This document shows, piece by piece, positions 47,244 to 56,568 of a DNA stretch of 64,000 bases. The notes beneath the pieces are model-generated. The model saw only the letters and a program-made list of their open reading frames with translations, made no database searches and was not told where the DNA came from. Made by a program: the position numbers and the translations under genes. The DNA comes from a virus (Duplodnaviria > Caudoviricetes), in the IMG/VR virus record IMGVR_UViG_3300037501_000255; one strand, written 5' to 3'. Position 1 is the stretch's first letter, and every line of letters starts with the position of its first letter.

Positions 47244-47662
47244 TTTTCAATATCCACCTTTGCGGCGACAGCTTTAAGCCTTTTGTTTAGTACAGCATTT
47301 TGAAATTTAAGATCATTGATTTCATCTTTTAGCAGAAGATTTGAGTGTAGTGCGGTAATACAAAGGGTCATCAGTCCTTCGCCAGCATTGACAAATTCAA
47401 GTTGACCTGCCAAATCATGCATATCAACTATAATTTTGTGGCGAGTGCGATTTTCATCAGTTGAGCGGTTAGCAGCCAGCTGAGTCTTTTGCAGCAATTC
47501 TTTGTACTCAAGTACGGCCGTCTGGAGTGCCGTGCGCGCCTTCTCTAACCGCTCCTTCAACTCAGCTTCATTGATTTGAGGCTTGGGCGGTGATGGGGGG
47601 CTCTCCTGAGTTTGTTGGCGTGGCGTCAGTTTCGGTGGCGGCAGACGCGGGGCTTTTGGCAT
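47240..47662 (-). CDS. hypothetical coiled-coil protein, Pro-rich N-terminus
   Basis: 140 aa, RBS ggagg. Confidence 0.55.
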   Translation of the reverse strand: MPKAPRLPPPKLTPRQQTQESPPSPPKPQINEAELKERLEKARTALQTAVLEYKELLQKTQLAANRSTDENRTRHKIIVDMHDLAGQLEFVNAGEGLMTLCITALHSNLLLKDEINDLKFQNAVLNKRLKAVAAKVDIEK

Positions 47663-48146
47663 AGATCTCCTCCGTCAAATTCAATAGGTTTTCTAAAGAG
47701 CTGTTGTGTACTGTACATTTAGCACATTTCTTATGCTGTGTAATGAATAATCTAGAATAACATACTGTATCCGATGTCCAAAAATCAAGCTTTTCACAAT
47801 ATTTGGGCTTATCCATTTCTTGATTAGCTACATTTAGTACTTTTAGTACTGGAAGCGTCAGCTTTTGGCATAGCGCATCTTTTATGGACTTGAGTTCTCG
47901 GGCAGCGCGGCGGATGGCGCGTTTTTTGCGCTTCTCTTCAAGCTCTCGTTGCTTTCTCAAGATATCAGGATGTAATTCCCCGGAAGATGTAAAATACCCT
48001 TTCTTGTGCTTAGCAAAGCAGGCTGAGCACCACCCGTCGACTACCATACCATTACGACCGCATTTGGTTTTACAAAGCGGCGGGGGTGTTTGGACTTTTT
48101 GCTTGGGGTCGGTCTCAAATCGTATTTTCGATTTTTTTGCTGCCAT
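47568..48146 (-). CDS. hypothetical Cys-rich basic protein
   Basis: CKTKCG...WCSAC; C..C..CAKC. Confidence 0.55.
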   Translation of the reverse strand: MAAKKSKIRFETDPKQKVQTPPPLCKTKCGRNGMVVDGWCSACFAKHKKGYFTSSGELHPDILRKQRELEEKRKKRAIRRAARELKSIKDALCQKLTLPVLKVLNVANQEMDKPKYCEKLDFWTSDTVCYSRLFITQHKKCAKCTVHNSSLENLLNLTEEIYAKSPASAATETDATPTNSGEPPITAQASNQ

Positions 48147-48147
48147 A

Positions 48148-48933
48148 CTATCTCATCAATTTATATTCTGTTTTCAGAACTGAGATGTCCTTTCTTGAGT
48201 GTCTCTGGTGATTTTTAAGCCACGACGAGAGCAACAGCCCTCCGACCGTGCCAGCGAGTACCGTGCCCCAGCCAGAGTCGGACTGCTCGTTTTTATCTGA
48301 GTGATCTAATTCTTCCGACAATTCAATTGCAACAGGTGGCTTACCGCGCACAACTTCATGCATGCCGTCACTGTAGACATAGATTATGAACAGCGGGGAG
48401 TCATTTTCATATAATCCGATTTGACGAACCTGCCCATTTTCCCACAAGACATGCGCCCCATTCCATTCACGAGTATCCTTATTGCGGCATATGAGCTCTG
48501 TGTGATGTGGGGTATCATCTCTATTTATGAGGAACCATTCGCGAGAGTCGAAGCCATTTTGGTGAATCTGGTTTGTAGAGGATATGAGTGCCGACATGAC
48601 GTAATCTGAAAATGGATTATTGAGAACGGAATTGTGTATCCGCATGTGCGGAGGCCACTGAATGCTGGCGACCCTATCGGCCAACTCGCATATCCCATCA
48701 CCCATTCTTTCTAAAATTTCAGGCGATGTCAAGATATCCGGATACTCTGACATTAGTCGCTCGCCTATTAGGCCATATTCCATGGCAATGCGCAGCAGAT
48801 CGTCCACCAAATCCTTGCCGTTTGGAAGCTCAAAATATGGCCTGCACAGCTCTATCACATGCTGTATTTCTAAGTATTTGCCATATATGTCAAAGAATGA
48901 ATCTATGACTGCCGATTCATTTGTCTCGCTCAC
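48148..48933 (-). CDS. hypothetical protein with possible C-terminal membrane anchor
   Basis: GTG start overlapping the upstream stop; a MORN-like WENGQVRQIGLYEND; hydrophobic GWGTVLAGTVGGLLLSSWL. Confidence 0.5.
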   Translation of the reverse strand: MSETNESAVIDSFFDIYGKYLEIQHVIELCRPYFELPNGKDLVDDLLRIAMEYGLIGERLMSEYPDILTSPEILERMGDGICELADRVASIQWPPHMRIHNSVLNNPFSDYVMSALISSTNQIHQNGFDSREWFLINRDDTPHHTELICRNKDTREWNGAHVLWENGQVRQIGLYENDSPLFIIYVYSDGMHEVVRGKPPVAIELSEELDHSDKNEQSDSGWGTVLAGTVGGLLLSSWLKNHQRHSRKDISVLKTEYKLMR

Positions 48934-49247
48934 ATGTACTCCACATCTGTCTCGACATAGAAATATAGGCCGCACGGCTTGTGCATGACCCTGTAGTCGT
49001 ATAACAGCTTTTTAATATGCTCCGGTACCAGATCATTTTTTATTATGTACTCAAGAAGATTGTTGACTGCATTATTGTCTTGAATTACCTGCTCAAATAT
49101 TTTGAAGTGACTATCCAAATGATTTAGTATATCTCTCGAGTCTGGCCCGAGACGGGAAAGATCTAGAATTTTATTCTTAGTGCCCTTGCATATCGAGAAG
49201 CCAAACTTCCTGCAGCCATGGCACCCGAGCATGAGCCCACCGTGCAT
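48930..49247 (-). CDS. hypothetical protein
   Basis: About 100 aa with CHGC, co-oriented, gap-filling. Confidence 0.45.
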   Translation of the reverse strand: MHGGLMLGCHGCRKFGFSICKGTKNKILDLSRLGPDSRDILNHLDSHFKIFEQVIQDNNAVNNLLEYIIKNDLVPEHIKKLLYDYRVMHKPCGLYFYVETDVEYM

Positions 49248-49255
49248 CTGTTCTC

Positions 49256-49747
49256 CTATTGGGATGCCAGAAAATCTTCAAAAGCATACGCTAGGCGCTC
49301 ATCCAGATCCCTATCTGAGATACCGCTGCGGTAGTTGAGGAGGTGAGCTATTTCATGCGCAAGAACGCCATCCCGTTTCCGGATAGAGTCCATGACAACG
49401 TATACTCTACGATCGCCCGGATAATACCTTCCTAGCACATCCTTATTTCTTGTTAGCCCAAATGGCAACGAACCATCATTCATCACAGTATGCGTTACTA
49501 TAGCAACATCTATTCTGTCTAGGACGGCAGGCCTGTGCAAGTTTAAGAAGCGCGCATGATTCTCCGGTACTGCATTCACGGTGCGTTGTACAAATTGCAA
49601 ATCGCCTTTCGTCAGAGGCTGATATGCACAAATGCGTATATCGGTCTGAGTGACAAGCCTATATTTAAAAGTGCAGTCGATCTCTACCTGCGCGGTAGCG
49701 GTTTGTGCAAAAAGCAGTGCGAAAAGGATAGCTATGAACCTTATCAT
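49256..49747 (-). CDS. exported zincin-like metalloprotease
   Basis: Signal-peptide-like MIRFIAILFALLFAQTATA; GRYYPG...VLAHEIAHL. Confidence 0.6.
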   Translation of the reverse strand: MIRFIAILFALLFAQTATAQVEIDCTFKYRLVTQTDIRICAYQPLTKGDLQFVQRTVNAVPENHARFLNLHRPAVLDRIDVAIVTHTVMNDGSLPFGLTRNKDVLGRYYPGDRRVYVVMDSIRKRDGVLAHEIAHLLNYRSGISDRDLDERLAYAFEDFLASQ

Positions 49748-50331
49748 TTCCTTCTTCTCTTCCTAATTTTAGTCAGCGGTGTTGTTGAAGATAGTATCTC
49801 GTCGACTATTCCGTACTCTAGCGCCTCCTGGGCTGTAAGGTACTTATCTGATTTAAGATCCATCTCGAGCTGCTTTACTGGTTTGCCTGTATATTTTGAA
49901 TATAGCTTGTACATTGTATCCTGTAGAGCTTTCGTGTGCTTTACTTCGATGGATAAGTCCGATACCGTTCCGTACACTTCGGTATTGACCTGGTGCATCA
50001 TAATCGATGTATTTTCCGCTATTGAGCGCCGATCTCCTGCCGCAAGCAGGAGCACCCCGGCGCTCATCACCTTACCAATGCCTATTGTATGCAGGGGGCA
50101 TTTTACCAATCTCATTGCATCGTACATGGCATTCATCTCATACATATCTCCGCCGTAAGTGGAGATATATATAGTGATGTGTTCTGTGGGGCTTTGAGCC
50201 GACAGCAGTACTAGATATTTGATGAATTGCTGAGCTTTACGCTCATCAATCTCTCCTGTGAGCATTATTATTCGCTGCTCCTCTATACATGTTACTTCTA
50301 TATCATCCGTGTATTCCTCTGTATCTGCCAT
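49744..50331 (-). CDS. clpP: ATP-dependent Clp protease proteolytic subunit
   Basis: LTGEID, ISTYGG, MSAG (Ser), MMHQ (His), DKYLTAQEALEYGIVD. Confidence 0.92.
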   Translation of the reverse strand: MADTEEYTDDIEVTCIEEQRIIMLTGEIDERKAQQFIKYLVLLSAQSPTEHITIYISTYGGDMYEMNAMYDAMRLVKCPLHTIGIGKVMSAGVLLLAAGDRRSIAENTSIMMHQVNTEVYGTVSDLSIEVKHTKALQDTMYKLYSKYTGKPVKQLEMDLKSDKYLTAQEALEYGIVDEILSSTTPLTKIRKRRRK

Positions 50332-50386
50332 GTCAATCTCCCATGTCTGCGGCTACCATGGGGCGAATCTTACTGTGCCCTCATTG

Positions 50387-50411
50387 AAAAGCAGGCAGGA
50401 TTCCTGCCTGC
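50387..50411 (-). terminator. terminator-like hairpin after bS21
   Basis: Minus strand GCAGGCAGG-AAT-CCTGCCTGC-TTTT. Confidence 0.6.
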
Positions 50412-50416
50412 CGCTA

Positions 50417-50821
50417 TCATTGTCCTTGCGACTCACCCTGAGGTGCGCGGCGAGGGGTATATGGACGGAATTTCACTTTCTTAGAATCGAAGTCCATCAT
50501 CATCTCTAGCTTTGCTTGGCGCTTGCGGGCATTTTTAATCGCCTTCATATGCCTCTCGCGGCGCTTCTGGCTCTTGCTCTTAAAATGCTCTCTTTTCTTT
50601 ATCTCAGACAAAACACCGGAGGCTTCGACTACACGCTTGAAGCGCCGGATAAGACGCTCGTTGTCCTCACCAGGTTCCGCCTTGACAGTCCTAAAAGTGA
50701 AGGAATTCAGCAAATCTTGTGAATTATCTACCCGTGGATCAAATTTGCCTAGTGGGCGATGCTGTGGGGGCCTGCGATTCTGATATGGGCGGTTAGACTC
50801 CCAATTATTAAACTTTCTCAT
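50417..50821 (-). CDS. rpsU: ribosomal protein bS21 homologue with N- and C-terminal extensions
   Basis: TVKAEPGEDNERLIRRFKRVVEASGVLSEIKKREHFKSKSQKRR. Confidence 0.8.
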   Translation of the reverse strand: MRKFNNWESNRPYQNRRPPQHRPLGKFDPRVDNSQDLLNSFTFRTVKAEPGEDNERLIRRFKRVVEASGVLSEIKKREHFKSKSQKRRERHMKAIKNARKRQAKLEMMMDFDSKKVKFRPYTPRRAPQGESQGQ

Positions 50822-51417
50822 TCTTCCTCCGTTCTGCCGCCTAAATATTGGGTGGCAGATTTTGAATTCATTATGAACACTGCTACGGCAGCTAGTGTAT
50901 GGCTGTCAGTGATGTCCATAGATAATATCTTTTTATGTAGCTCTACGGCTGTTACCTCTTCGACCTTGAGTTCGGATAACTCCTCTTCAGGATCAAGATT
51001 TTGATTTGGTGTAGTGTCTGTATCAACAACGGCCAGGCAAATAGCCGTTGTACCGTTACTGCCCCCGGGGTTCGAGTACATACTGTACAGTAATTTGACT
51101 TCCTTAGCTAAGTACCCAGTTTCTTGCTTCAATTCTCTTAGAGCAGCATCTAGAATAGCCTCGCCCGGCTCCCGGCGACCTGCCGGAAATTCTAAATCAT
51201 ATGAGCCTACAGGGTACCTATATTGGCGCACCATGAGGTATGTGTGGGAGTCTGGATTCAGGCCGGGTTTAACCGGTATTACAACTACAGTTCCTGGGCT
51301 ATCCGCGTGAAAATAGTCTGTAACTACCCCGTTAGGCATTTCCACCTCGGCCTTCACGATGGTCAGGTGCTTTGTCTTTAGCGCCACCTCTTTACTTACC
51401 GTCTTCCATTTTTTCAT
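50818..51417 (-). CDS. Nudix hydrolase (ADP-ribose pyrophosphatase-like)
   Basis: MVRQYRYP, EFPAGRREPGEAILDAALRELKQETG Nudix box. Confidence 0.85.
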   Translation of the reverse strand: MKKWKTVSKEVALKTKHLTIVKAEVEMPNGVVTDYFHADSPGTVVVIPVKPGLNPDSHTYLMVRQYRYPVGSYDLEFPAGRREPGEAILDAALRELKQETGYLAKEVKLLYSMYSNPGGSNGTTAICLAVVDTDTTPNQNLDPEEELSELKVEEVTAVELHKKILSMDITDSHTLAAVAVFIMNSKSATQYLGGRTEEE

Positions 51418-51691
51418 GTTCTTCTCTCAGGAAAGCAACGTATGCCTTACATATGTGTATCATGCTATTGATACGTCTGGCTAGACCCTGTCCATAAGCA
51501 AAATGTAGCTCATCTTTGTGAATGTACTGCAGCTGTAGGATCTTGTTAATGTGATGTTTTGATGGAAAGTCCACTGTTGCCCAGTATCCCACATCAAGCT
51601 GATGCCTGCACACTGCACGAAAATCATCTATAATCTTAATTGAATCATCAATACTCTTCTTCGATGGAAGTTTTGACTTCCTGTCCTTCAT
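51392..51691 (-). CDS. hypothetical protein
   Basis: 99 aa, RBS gagg, gap-filling. Confidence 0.5.
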   Translation of the reverse strand: MKDRKSKLPSKKSIDDSIKIIDDFRAVCRHQLDVGYWATVDFPSKHHINKILQLQYIHKDELHFAYGQGLARRINSMIHICKAYVAFLREEHEKMEDGK

Positions 51692-51712
51692 ATTACCCTC
51701 TTTTGAGGCATC

Positions 51713-52750
51713 TTAACGTCGTAGAATGTGCGGAGTAGCCTCTACTGCCGACGAATGCGACACTTCGACAAATACTGCATTCTTATTCAGCTCAGCTACA
51801 CTTCTCGCTCCATTGTATGAGCACCCTGTCGATACGCCATTTATCATGTCTGCTATAACAGCAGCTAGGGGACCCTTATACGGAATCATGGTTGACACAC
51901 CCTCGTTGGATGAGTGAAATCCTCGCCAATCTACCTGGGCCTCTTTGGAGGCCATGCCTCGATATGTTTTCATTAGCCCGCGTTCAGTTTCTATAAGCTC
52001 TCCGGGCGCCTCATCTGTGCCGGCAAACATAGAGCCCATCATTACGAAGTGAGCGCCGGCAGCCAGAGCTTTTACAATGTCGCCGAACTCCCTAATGCCG
52101 CCATCAGAAATAATCTGAGCGGGGCGTGTCGTTTTGGCTACATCAAATATATTCTGCAGCATTGGATATCCGCATCCCGTCTGCACTCTAGTAGAGCAGA
52201 TTGATCCGCTGCCCACACCAAGTCTGATACTGTCCGCGCCCCAGTCGCTCAGATCGTCAAAACCCTCAAGCGTAGCCACATTTCCTGCCATAATATGGGT
52301 GGTTGGAAAAATGTCTCGTAGCTTTGTTAGAGCTTTTCTCATCAGCTCATGGTGACCATGTGCGATATCCACACATATCAGACTCGCTCCGGCCTCTACT
52401 ACCGCTTGGGCACGTTCAACGTAATCGCCGTTCACACCCACGGCTGCTCCAACAATAGCACCATCCGCCATAGATCGTGTCTGCTTTAATAAATTTACCT
52501 GCTCGGATATTGAATTGTACCTGTGCAGGATTCCCATGCCACCGCGCAATTTATGCATAGCGGCGCACATTTCTGGACCCGACACCGTATCCATAGGAGA
52601 AGCTATGAATGGTGTTGGTAATCTGATATTTGTATTTTTGAGTGGCACAGATAGATCTATATCAGTCTTCCGAGACTCTATATCGGATTTCTGAGGGACT
52701 AAATGCACATCTCCGAAAGTAAGCGCCTTGTGTGGCAGGAGTCTAGCCAT
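51713..52750 (-). CDS. IMP dehydrogenase/GMP reductase family enzyme lacking CBS domains
   Basis: LTFGDVHLVP, SPMDTV, DIAHGH, AGNVAT, GSGSICSTR, SDGGI, YRGMAS, EGV. Confidence 0.9.
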   Translation of the reverse strand: MARLLPHKALTFGDVHLVPQKSDIESRKTDIDLSVPLKNTNIRLPTPFIASPMDTVSGPEMCAAMHKLRGGMGILHRYNSISEQVNLLKQTRSMADGAIVGAAVGVNGDYVERAQAVVEAGASLICVDIAHGHHELMRKALTKLRDIFPTTHIMAGNVATLEGFDDLSDWGADSIRLGVGSGSICSTRVQTGCGYPMLQNIFDVAKTTRPAQIISDGGIREFGDIVKALAAGAHFVMMGSMFAGTDEAPGELIETERGLMKTYRGMASKEAQVDWRGFHSSNEGVSTMIPYKGPLAAVIADMINGVSTGCSYNGARSVAELNKNAVFVEVSHSSAVEATPHILRR

Positions 52751-52759
52751 GTTCTTTTC

Positions 52760-53104
52760 TCAGCCTTGCTGGGCATCTACAACCTTACCCGTGGCATCAA
52801 TGGTAAGTGAAATTCTACCCGGCTTGTAATCTTGCGTTACAGTGGCGCCGATCGGCGCTACACGGAACTCCGCTATTTTCTTGTCATTCACTAACTTTGT
52901 TAGCAACTCAACTGCATCATCTTTCATTTTATCCATTAAACCATCCAGCGTATCTCTCATTGAGAAATCAGGTGTGGCAACAACATGCTTACTAGGATCA
53001 AATTGTATTTCTTTCATATCGCTTTTAGCCTCATCTTTAATTATCTTGGAGTCCCAATCTGCGGGATTTTGTGAATCTATTCTTCTGAATACTTTACCTG
53101 ACAT
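52760..53104 (-). CDS. protein with C-terminal serine-protease inhibitor domain (I78/potato inhibitor I-like)
   Basis: FRVAPIGATVTQDYKPGRISLTIDATGKVVDAQQG; start set at ATG 53104 (RBS gaggag). Confidence 0.6.
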   Translation of the reverse strand: MSGKVFRRIDSQNPADWDSKIIKDEAKSDMKEIQFDPSKHVVATPDFSMRDTLDGLMDKMKDDAVELLTKLVNDKKIAEFRVAPIGATVTQDYKPGRISLTIDATGKVVDAQQG

Positions 53105-53156
53105 GGAATTCTCCTCAGAAAGTAGGGGTGGGGGCGTGGGGATAGACGACGGCTTT

Positions 53157-54263
53157 TTAAGTCGCGCCCACAACCCCTTTAATGATTTCAGCAGCATCTA
53201 TAATCTCCTGCCATGTTGTTTTTGGGCTAATCGAAACCCTTATTGAGCCAGAGAGACGTGGCGACAATTCCCCATACATAGCTGCCAGAGTATAGCTGTG
53301 CGTCGACATACCTGATTCACAGGCGCTCATGCCAGATACCATCACGCCAGCCACTGATAGCTGTTCTACAAATAATTGTACATCCTTAACTTTTGGAAAA
53401 TATAGATTTGTAGTATTGGGCAGTCTCTTGGCTCCAGCCCCATTTACCAGAGCAACATCTCCCAATATTCGCTCAAGCTCTGCAATTTGCAATTGCATTT
53501 GCGCCGAAATGTGCGGAGATAAATTACTCATCTCTGTCACTGCCAATCCAAGACTGTATATAGCTTCGGTATTTATCGTGCCAGGTCGCAAACCCCACTG
53601 CTGCGCCCCTCCCAACATTAGCGGATAAAGTTGAGGAAAGATATTGTCCTTGAAGGCCAGTGCGCCAACACCCTTCATGGCGTGCATTTTATGACCAGAA
53701 ATAACAATTGTACTAGCGCAATTCCGCTGTATTTCAGATAGGCTCCCGCCTTTTGCATAGCATTGCGATGCGTCAATGTGAAGCTTTATTCCTTTCGCCC
53801 GGCAAAGCTCGGCAATGGAACAGTCCGGATCAAGATGAATTCCGGTTTCATTATTGGCATACATACAGGCCAGTACAATATTGGGGGCGTGCTTGCATCC
53901 GGATATTTTTTTAGCCAGCGTATCGTAGCATAGGTAACCTTCCGGAGTCACCGGCAGGATCTCATCCGCGTATTTAAGGACTGACTTGTGCTCGACTGCT
54001 GAAGACCAGATGGTGTGCCCTGACTTTCTGTATGAGGACAGCGCCATGGCATTTGCTTCTGTAGCGCCGCTCGTAAACAATACATTGTTTGTTCTGGTAC
54101 CCAGAAGTGTCGCAACAATCTCGCGGCTCCCATCAATAATCTTCTTAGAAGCGGCGCCTGCCGCATGTTGCGAGTCGGCATTTCCTAGAAATATTTCATC
54201 GGATAGCTGCTCGTATACATGCGGCAGGACATATGTGGCCGAATTATGATCTAAGTATATCAT
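53157..54263 (-). CDS. iscS: cysteine desulfurase (IscS/NifS family)
   Basis: YLDHNSAT, TSGATEAN, EHKSV, NNETG, HIDASQ, SGHK (PLP Lys), RPGT, SAC (catalytic Cys). Confidence 0.92.
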   Translation of the reverse strand: MIYLDHNSATYVLPHVYEQLSDEIFLGNADSQHAAGAASKKIIDGSREIVATLLGTRTNNVLFTSGATEANAMALSSYRKSGHTIWSSAVEHKSVLKYADEILPVTPEGYLCYDTLAKKISGCKHAPNIVLACMYANNETGIHLDPDCSIAELCRAKGIKLHIDASQCYAKGGSLSEIQRNCASTIVISGHKMHAMKGVGALAFKDNIFPQLYPLMLGGAQQWGLRPGTINTEAIYSLGLAVTEMSNLSPHISAQMQLQIAELERILGDVALVNGAGAKRLPNTTNLYFPKVKDVQLFVEQLSVAGVMVSGMSACESGMSTHSYTLAAMYGELSPRLSGSIRVSISPKTTWQEIIDAAEIIKGVVGAT

Positions 54264-55897
54264 CCCATCATCATGCCAGGATGGGCGGTAGATGATTTAT
54301 TCTCTTCACTCTCGTCTATGGCTACCACCGCCTCTGTAGTAAGAATTAGCGAACTCACACTGGCTGCATTTTGAAGCGCAACCCTTGTTACCTGAGCCGG
54401 GTCGATAATCCCCGCCTGCAGCATATCTCTGTATTCATGAGTAGCTGCATCGTATCCCCAAGTGCCAGTCAATTCAGATCTGACCTTGTTTAGGACTACC
54501 TCCTGCGACTTGCCCGCATTGGCAACAATCTGCATCAATGGAGCAGAACACGCCTTGAGTATGATCTTAACTCCAATATCCTCTTCTGGGTCGCCTGTAG
54601 TGAAATTTTCGAGTGTTGCTGCTGCACGCACTAGAGCTACGCCTCCGCCCGGCACTATGCCCTCTTGTATCGCCGCCTTTGTAGCGGCAAGCGCATCCTC
54701 AAATCTATCCTTTCTTTCTTTCATTTCGATATCTGTAGCTGCGCCAACCTCGATAACGGCAATGCCGCCAATCAGCTTGGCCAAACGCTTGTTTAGCACA
54801 TCGCGTGCGTGAAAGTCGGTTATGCGAGAGAGTTCTTGGCGGATTTGAGCTGCGCGTTGCTGAATAGCGTCCTCGGCACCGCTCTTTCCCACCACCACGG
54901 TCTTCTCCCTTGTAATAATAATGCGCTCAGCCGTTCCTAGATCGGAGAGCTGCGTTTCGATTAGGCGAGATTCAATACCGAGCTCTTTGATTTGAGCACC
55001 AGTGAGAATCGCCAAATCCTCCATCATTTCCTTTTTTGCGTCTCCGAAACCAGGGGCTTTTACTGCAGCGCAGACAAGAGAGTTGCGCAGAGAATTGACT
55101 ACCATAGTACCGAGAACTTCACCCTCAATAGAGTCTGCTATCACGACCAGCGGTACCTTGTGCTTGCTGCAGTGCTGGAATAGTGGAAGCATCTCCTCCA
55201 TATCGGCTGCGCTGGTAAGCTTGCTATTTACCAGCCAGATTAACGGCTTTTCAAAAACGACCCTTTGGCGCTCCTTATCATTACAGAAGTGTGGTGAAAG
55301 GAATCCGCGGTCAAATTCAAAACCTTCGGCAGCACGAACTGTAGACTCAAAACCCTTGCCTTCCTCCAGAGTGATTACTCCATCCTTACCCACAACTTCC
55401 ATAGCCGAGGCTATCATCTTGCCGATCGAGGTGTCGCCGTTGGCGGAAATGGTTGCTACTTGCTCCACCTCTTTAATATCCTCAACTTGCTTACTTAGTT
55501 TTTTAATCTCAGCCACAACCGCCTCTGCGGCCTTGTCAATGCCGCGCTTGATTGGCATTGGGTCGTGACGAGCCACTATGAGGCGCAGACCTTCAGCCAC
55601 TATAGCGTCAGCCAAAACCGTTGCTGTGGTAGTCCCGTCACCGGCTAAATCCGCAGTACGCGACGCCACCTCTTTCACCATTTGGGCGCCCATATTGGCA
55701 AATGGATCTTTAACTACAATCTCTCTAGCCACCGACACGCCATCCTTGGTGATATGTGGAGGTAATCCACGGCGCTGCAGGACTACGTTTCTGCCACGTG
55801 GGCCCAGCGTACAGGCCACTGCCTTTGCTAAGGTCCTTACTCCGCTAGCTATTTTATCTCTGGAATTTTGACCAAATTCAATTATTTTAGAATCCAT
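54260..55897 (-). CDS. groEL: group I chaperonin GroEL
   Basis: LGPRGRNV, TKDGVSVA, AGDGTTTATVLA, KAPGFGD, GGGVAL, Met/Gly tail. Confidence 0.97.
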   Translation of the reverse strand: MDSKIIEFGQNSRDKIASGVRTLAKAVACTLGPRGRNVVLQRRGLPPHITKDGVSVAREIVVKDPFANMGAQMVKEVASRTADLAGDGTTTATVLADAIVAEGLRLIVARHDPMPIKRGIDKAAEAVVAEIKKLSKQVEDIKEVEQVATISANGDTSIGKMIASAMEVVGKDGVITLEEGKGFESTVRAAEGFEFDRGFLSPHFCNDKERQRVVFEKPLIWLVNSKLTSAADMEEMLPLFQHCSKHKVPLVVIADSIEGEVLGTMVVNSLRNSLVCAAVKAPGFGDAKKEMMEDLAILTGAQIKELGIESRLIETQLSDLGTAERIIITREKTVVVGKSGAEDAIQQRAAQIRQELSRITDFHARDVLNKRLAKLIGGIAVIEVGAATDIEMKERKDRFEDALAATKAAIQEGIVPGGGVALVRAAATLENFTTGDPEEDIGVKIILKACSAPLMQIVANAGKSQEVVLNKVRSELTGTWGYDAATHEYRDMLQAGIIDPAQVTRVALQNAASVSSLILTTEAVVAIDESEENKSSTAHPGMMMG

Positions 55898-55913
55898 ACT
55901 GCTTTTCTCCTAA

Positions 55914-56345
55914 TTATATGTCGTTAAGTTTCTTGCCTAATTTTGACAGGTATTTGTTATAAAGCCCCTCGTATATGTGCTGATACGGCGACGCTAGTAT
56001 TTGTACATCGTCTTCCGCAGTAAGCGTAGATCCAACCCGCATACGAATTTTTGCACTATCCTCTTCACGCGAAAGAAGCATTTCAATAGATGAAAGTCCG
56101 TGATGGCGTTGCGCGTATGCGGCTAAACCATCTAATGTATCTTGGGAAAACTCCAGAATGGCAGGAGCATTGTCTTCATCCGAAAGAAGGACGATGGTGG
56201 CATAGTGAATCTTTTCTGCGCGATCCGGCGCAGAAACTAGACCGTCTTTGCTAGCTGGAATTGCTATAGGAGGAAATGGGAATTTAACCCCATGAACCCG
56301 CTCAGATGTCAGTAGTTGATTTAGGATCCGAATCTTCATTCTCAT
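55914..56345 (-). CDS. hypothetical protein
   Basis: About 140 aa upstream of groEL; start uncertain; not GroES-like. Confidence 0.5.
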   Translation of the reverse strand: MRMKIRILNQLLTSERVHGVKFPFPPIAIPASKDGLVSAPDRAEKIHYATIVLLSDEDNAPAILEFSQDTLDGLAAYAQRHHGLSSIEMLLSREEDSAKIRMRVGSTLTAEDDVQILASPYQHIYEGLYNKYLSKLGKKLNDI

Positions 56346-56568
56346 TTACCTGCGGTTCTGCTGATGCTGTGGGGAAGTCTTGCACATCGTCATATATACC
56401 CACCTCGCGCGTCGAACCTTTGAGATGCGGCGGTGCTTCGACTGATTTGAGTATATTAAATACAGATGAGAATGTGATATTGTTTCTGTGTTCGGCGGGG
56501 ACTGATTTCTTAGCCTTTTTTAGATGCCGCCTTACGCGATCTCGTAACATTTTTCTATTTCCAGACAT
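56302..56568 (-). CDS. small hypothetical protein
   Basis: ATG at 56568 overlapping the def stop, RBS gagga; basic N-terminus. Confidence 0.5.
   Translation of the reverse strand: MSGNRKMLRDRVRRHLKKAKKSVPAEHRNNITFSSVFNILKSVEAPPHLKGSTREVGIYDDVQDFPTASAEPQVNENEDSDPKSTTDI

Noticed and set aside
49744-50331. ClpP as the prohead protease for the K/R-x-A sites
   Set aside because: It is a host-like ClpP in the metabolic block, far from the head genes, with no evidence linking it to capsid maturation
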